A stretch of DNA of 64,000 bases from Anaeromyxobacteraceae bacterium (GTDB lineage Bacteria; Myxococcota; Myxococcia; Myxococcales; Anaeromyxobacteraceae): assembly GCA_032654565.1 (NCBI GenBank), contig JAULAX010000015.1:224001-288000 (forward strand), written 5' to 3'. The notes under the pieces are model-generated. The model did no database searches and was not told the DNA's origin. It saw only the letters and a list, made by a program, of their open reading frames with translations. Of the stretch, positions 59,087-64,000 are shown in pieces. Position numbers and translations under genes: made by a program. Each line of letters opens with the position of its first letter. Positions within the stretch are counted from its first letter, which is position 1.

Positions 59087-60388
59087 ATGGGGCGCTGGAC
59101 CACCGCGGACGACGCCGTCACCGCCATCCGCTCGGGCCACCGGGTCTTCATCCACAGCGTGGCGGCCGCGCCGCGGCTGCTGGTCGAGGCCATGGCCGCC
59201 CGGGGCCCCGGCCTCCACGACGTCGAGGTGGTGCAGCTCCACACCGAGGGGCCCGCCCCCTACGCCGCGCCGGCCCAGGCCGGCCACTTCCGCGTCAACG
59301 CGCTCTTCGTCGGCGCCAACGTCCGCGCCGCGGTGCAGGAGGGGCGCGGCGACGCCACGCCGGTCTTCCTCTCCGACGTGCCGGCGCTCTTCCGGGACGG
59401 GACGCTGCCGCTCGACGTGGCGCTGGTGACGGTGAGCCCGCCGGACCGGCACGGCTACTGCTCGCTGGGGGTCTCGGTCGACGTGACGCGGGCGGCGGTG
59501 CGCGCGGCCGCCACGGTGATCGCGCAGGTCAACCGGTTCATGCCGCGGACCCACGGCGACGGGCTGGTCCACCTGGACGACCTCGACCTGCTGGTGGAGG
59601 GGGACGAGCCCATCCACGAGCTGGCGCGACCCACGCCCGACGCGGTGGAGCAGGCCATCGGCCGGCACGTGGCCGGGGTGGTCGAGGACGGCGCCGCGCT
59701 CCAGGTCGGCATCGGCGCCATCCCCGACGCGGTCCTGACGGCGCTCCGCGGCCACCGCCGCCTCGGCGTCCACACCGAGATGCTCACCGACGGGGTGATC
59801 GAGCTGGTCCGCTGCGGCGCCGTGACCGGCGAGGAGAAGCGGGTCCACCCCGGGAAGGTCGTCGCCGGCTTCGCGCTCGGCACCCGCGCCCTCTACGACT
59901 TCGTGGACGACAACCCGCTGGTCTCGCTGCTCGACATCAGCTACGTCAACGACACGGCCGTGATCCGGCGCAACCCGCGCGCCACCGCCATCAACGGGGC
60001 GATCGAGGTGGACCTGACCGGCCAGGTCTGCGCCGACTCGATCGGCGAGCGGATCTACTCCGGGGTGGGCGGGCAGCTCGACTTCGTCCGCGGCGCCGCG
60101 CTCTCGCCGGGCGGGCGGGCCATCATCGCCCTCCCCTCCACCACCTCGTCGGGCGCCTCGCGCATCGTCTCGACGCTCCAGCCGGGCGCCGGCGTGGTGA
60201 CCACCCGCGCCCACGTCCAGTTCGTGGTCACCGAGCACGGGGTCGCGGCGCTGCACGGCCGGAGCTTCCGGGAGCGGGCGGTGGCGCTGGCGGCCATCGC
60301 CCACCCGCGCCACCGCGAGCTGCTGCGGGCGGAGGCCACCCGGCGCTTCGGCCCCGGCCCGGCCCGGGCGGTCATGGGCGGGCGGTGA
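59087..60388 (+). CDS. Acetyl-CoA hydrolase/transferase (4-hydroxybutyrate CoA-transferase-like)
   Basis: LQVGIGAIPDAV, HTEM, EVDLTGQV.ADS, GGQLDF.RGA, VVTEHG. Confidence 0.92.
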   Translation: MGRWTTADDAVTAIRSGHRVFIHSVAAAPRLLVEAMAARGPGLHDVEVVQLHTEGPAPYAAPAQAGHFRVNALFVGANVRAAVQEGRGDATPVFLSDVPALFRDGTLPLDVALVTVSPPDRHGYCSLGVSVDVTRAAVRAAATVIAQVNRFMPRTHGDGLVHLDDLDLLVEGDEPIHELARPTPDAVEQAIGRHVAGVVEDGAALQVGIGAIPDAVLTALRGHRRLGVHTEMLTDGVIELVRCGAVTGEEKRVHPGKVVAGFALGTRALYDFVDDNPLVSLLDISYVNDTAVIRRNPRATAINGAIEVDLTGQVCADSIGERIYSGVGGQLDFVRGAALSPGGRAIIALPSTTSSGASRIVSTLQPGAGVVTTRAHVQFVVTEHGVAALHGRSFRERAVALAAIAHPRHRELLRAEATRRFGPGPARAVMGGR

Positions 60389-61163
60389 AGGCGGCGGCGC
60401 AGGCGTCGAGGCGGCGGCGCACCTCCTCCTCGAGCAGGTCGAGGTCGTTGCCGCTGCGCGGGTCGGCCCCCACGCAGGTGAGCAGGGCGTCGTAGAGGGA
60501 GCGGTCGCGCGCCAGCGCCTGGTAGTCGATGCGGCGCGGCACCGGCTCGCCGTCGCGCCCCGGCCGGAAGGCGCCGAAGAGCCCCTCCGAGCCCGGCTCC
60601 AGCTCCTCCTTGAGCGCCAGCAGGCGGGTCAGCGCCTCCAGGAAGCGCGGCCGCTCCAGGTGGCGCCGCTCCACCCGGGCCCCGGTCAGCGCCGCCACGG
60701 CGTCGAGCGCGGCGCGCAGGAAGGGGACGTCGGTGACCACCAGCCCGTAGAGGTGGAAGTCGGCGGAGGCGGCCTCGGCCAGCCCGGCCTCCTCCTCGTT
60801 GAGCCAGGCGTGGCTGGGGCAGAGGAACGACTCGCAGGTGGTGACGTCGTAGACCCCGGCGTCGCGCAGGTCGGGGCCGCCGGTCACCAGCGGGTGGGCC
60901 AGGCAGCCGACCCGGGTCTCGGCGGCGTCGAGGAAGCCGAGCAGCGGGCAGACCCGCACCGAGGGGAAGAGCGGCTCCGGCCCGCCGGCCGCCAGCCTCT
61001 CGGCCGCGGCGCGGAAGGCCGGCAGCGTCCGCTCCACCCGGCGCAGCGCCAGGGTGCGCCGGGTCAGCTCGGCCCGCACCGCCGCCCGCCCGTGGTCGCG
61101 GGTGTTGTAGAGGCCGCAGCAGGCGCCGCAGGAGGCCTCGGCCCGCTGGCAGAGCCGGATCAC
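60372..61163 (-). CDS. Cys-rich hypothetical protein (possible metal/Fe-S cluster)
   Basis: SCGACCGLYN, CPLLGFL, GCLAHP, CESFLCP; GGAGG before GTG 61163. Confidence 0.7.
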   Translation of the reverse strand: MIRLCQRAEASCGACCGLYNTRDHGRAAVRAELTRRTLALRRVERTLPAFRAAAERLAAGGPEPLFPSVRVCPLLGFLDAAETRVGCLAHPLVTGGPDLRDAGVYDVTTCESFLCPSHAWLNEEEAGLAEAASADFHLYGLVVTDVPFLRAALDAVAALTGARVERRHLERPRFLEALTRLLALKEELEPGSEGLFGAFRPGRDGEPVPRRIDYQALARDRSLYDALLTCVGADPRSGNDLDLLEEEVRRRLDACAAAFTARP

Positions 61164-61243
61164 CCTCCCCTCCTGCAGGCCCACCGGCCGGGCGCCGGGC
61201 GGGCGGGCCGGCGGCCTGGCCCGGCCTCCGGCCGGTGGTGGTG

Positions 61244-61314
61244 CTGAGGCGGAAGGATTCGAACCTTCATACGCGGATCCAAAGTCCGCAGTCCTGCCGT
61301 TGGACGACGCCTCA
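61244..61314 (-). tRNA. tRNA-Gln (TTG)
   Basis: TGAGGCGTCGTCCAACGGCAGGACTGCGGACTTTGGATCCGCGTATGAAGGTTCGAATCCTTCCGCCTCAG folds as a cloverleaf. Confidence 0.95.
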
Positions 61315-61355
61315 AGGTCGTTCGCAGTCTGGCGCGCCTGGTGGCGGGCGGGCCG

Positions 61356-62351
61356 CTACCAGCGCAGCAGCGCCGCGCCCCAGGTGAACCCGGCGCCGAA
61401 GGCGGTCACCGCGATCAGGTCGCCGCGCTGCACCCCGCGCGCCGCCACCGCCTCGTCGAGGCAGATGGGGATGGAGGCCGCCGTGGTGTTGCCGTACTTC
61501 ATGATGTTGTTGAAGACCTGGTCGTCGCGCAGCTCCAGCGACCGCTGCACCATCTGGCTGATGCGCAGGTTGGCCTGGTGGGGGATGAGCAGCTTGAGGT
61601 CGGCGGTGGTGAGGCCGTTCCTGGCGAGCACCGAGCGGACCACCTCCGGCATCTTGGAGATGGCGTGCTTGAAGACCTTCTGCCCCTCCATGTGCGGGAA
61701 GATCGAGCCGTCCTCGAGCATGCGCGGCTGGACCCGCGGGTGGTAGCGCGAGCCGGGGGCGTCGGTCCAGAGCTCCCTGGTGTAGCGGCCGTCGGCGTGC
61801 AGCTCGCAGGAGAGCACCCCGCGGCCGGGGTCGTCGGTGGCCTCCAGCAGCGCCGCCCCGGCCCCGTCGCCGAAGATCACCGAGACGTCGCGGCCGCGGG
61901 TGGTGACGTCGAGGCCGGTGGAGTGGACCTCCGAGCCCACCAGCAGGATGCGCTTGTAGGTGCCGCTGCGGATCCAGGCGTCGGCCACCGAGAGGCCGTA
62001 GATGAAGCCGGAGCACTGGTTGCGGATGTCGAGCGCCGGCACGCCGGGGAGCCCCAGCTTGGCGTTGAGGAAGCAGCCGTCGCCGGGGAAGAGGTGGTCG
62101 GGCGAGAGCGAGGCGTAGATGATGGCCTCGACGTCGCAGGCCTGCCAGCCGGCCCGGGCCAGCGCCTGGCGGGCCGCCCCCAGCGCCAGGTCCGAGTTGC
62201 CGGTCTCCTCCCCCACCCAGCGCCGCTCCTCGATGCCGGTCCGCTCGCGGATCCAGGCGTCGGTGGTGTCCATCACCCGGGTCAGCTCGTCGTTGGTGAC
62301 CACCCGCTCGGGCAGGCAGGTGCCGAGGGCGGCGATGGCGGTGCGGGGCAT
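61356..62351 (-). CDS. fabH: 3-oxoacyl-ACP synthase III
   Basis: WIRERTGI, QCSGF, FGDGAGA, PHQANLRI, GNTTAASIP, FGAGFTWG. Confidence 0.93.
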   Translation of the reverse strand: MPRTAIAALGTCLPERVVTNDELTRVMDTTDAWIRERTGIEERRWVGEETGNSDLALGAARQALARAGWQACDVEAIIYASLSPDHLFPGDGCFLNAKLGLPGVPALDIRNQCSGFIYGLSVADAWIRSGTYKRILLVGSEVHSTGLDVTTRGRDVSVIFGDGAGAALLEATDDPGRGVLSCELHADGRYTRELWTDAPGSRYHPRVQPRMLEDGSIFPHMEGQKVFKHAISKMPEVVRSVLARNGLTTADLKLLIPHQANLRISQMVQRSLELRDDQVFNNIMKYGNTTAASIPICLDEAVAARGVQRGDLIAVTAFGAGFTWGAALLRW

Positions 62352-62370
62352 GTGGGCTCCGGTCCGGCGG

Positions 62371-64000
<1,630 letters not shown>

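Overview
High-GC DNA whose gene content suggests a myxobacterium (Anaeromyxobacter-like; this is an inference). 1-13.2 kb is core metabolism: ABC ATPase, hydrolase, EamA, MBL hydrolase, etfAB, buk/ptb, iorAB-paaK-ACT and an OYE oxidoreductase. 13.3-39.8 kb is an accessory block rich in secreted or lipoprotein genes: a Zn-PLC-like protein, a Cys-rich repeat protein, M4 and M1 peptidases, a ferredoxin-AlkB fusion, a pseudo-ArsC-ArsN2 fusion, an FG-GAP protein, an amber-interrupted collagen-like gene and a teneurin-like Rhs protein. 39.84-49.06 kb is a visibly lower-GC 9.1-kb element integrated at tRNA-Phe and bounded by 97-bp direct repeats; a third, decayed repeat copy at 33.4 kb indicates tandem integration. 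The element has a tyrosine integrase with att inside its 3' end, a frameshift and a lost catalytic Arg. It carries two candidate defence modules: (i) small ORF - HExxH protein - dCTP deaminase - C25-like Cys protease - small ORF, and (ii) DUF5343-like - HEPN, followed by a 45-bp-period palindrome array and long hairpins. 49.2-64 kb is core genome again: lgt, lspA, ileS, rimK-like, Fe-S oxidoreductase, CoA transferase, tRNA-Gln, fabH and gyrB. All family calls come from motif recognition by eye; no searches were run.
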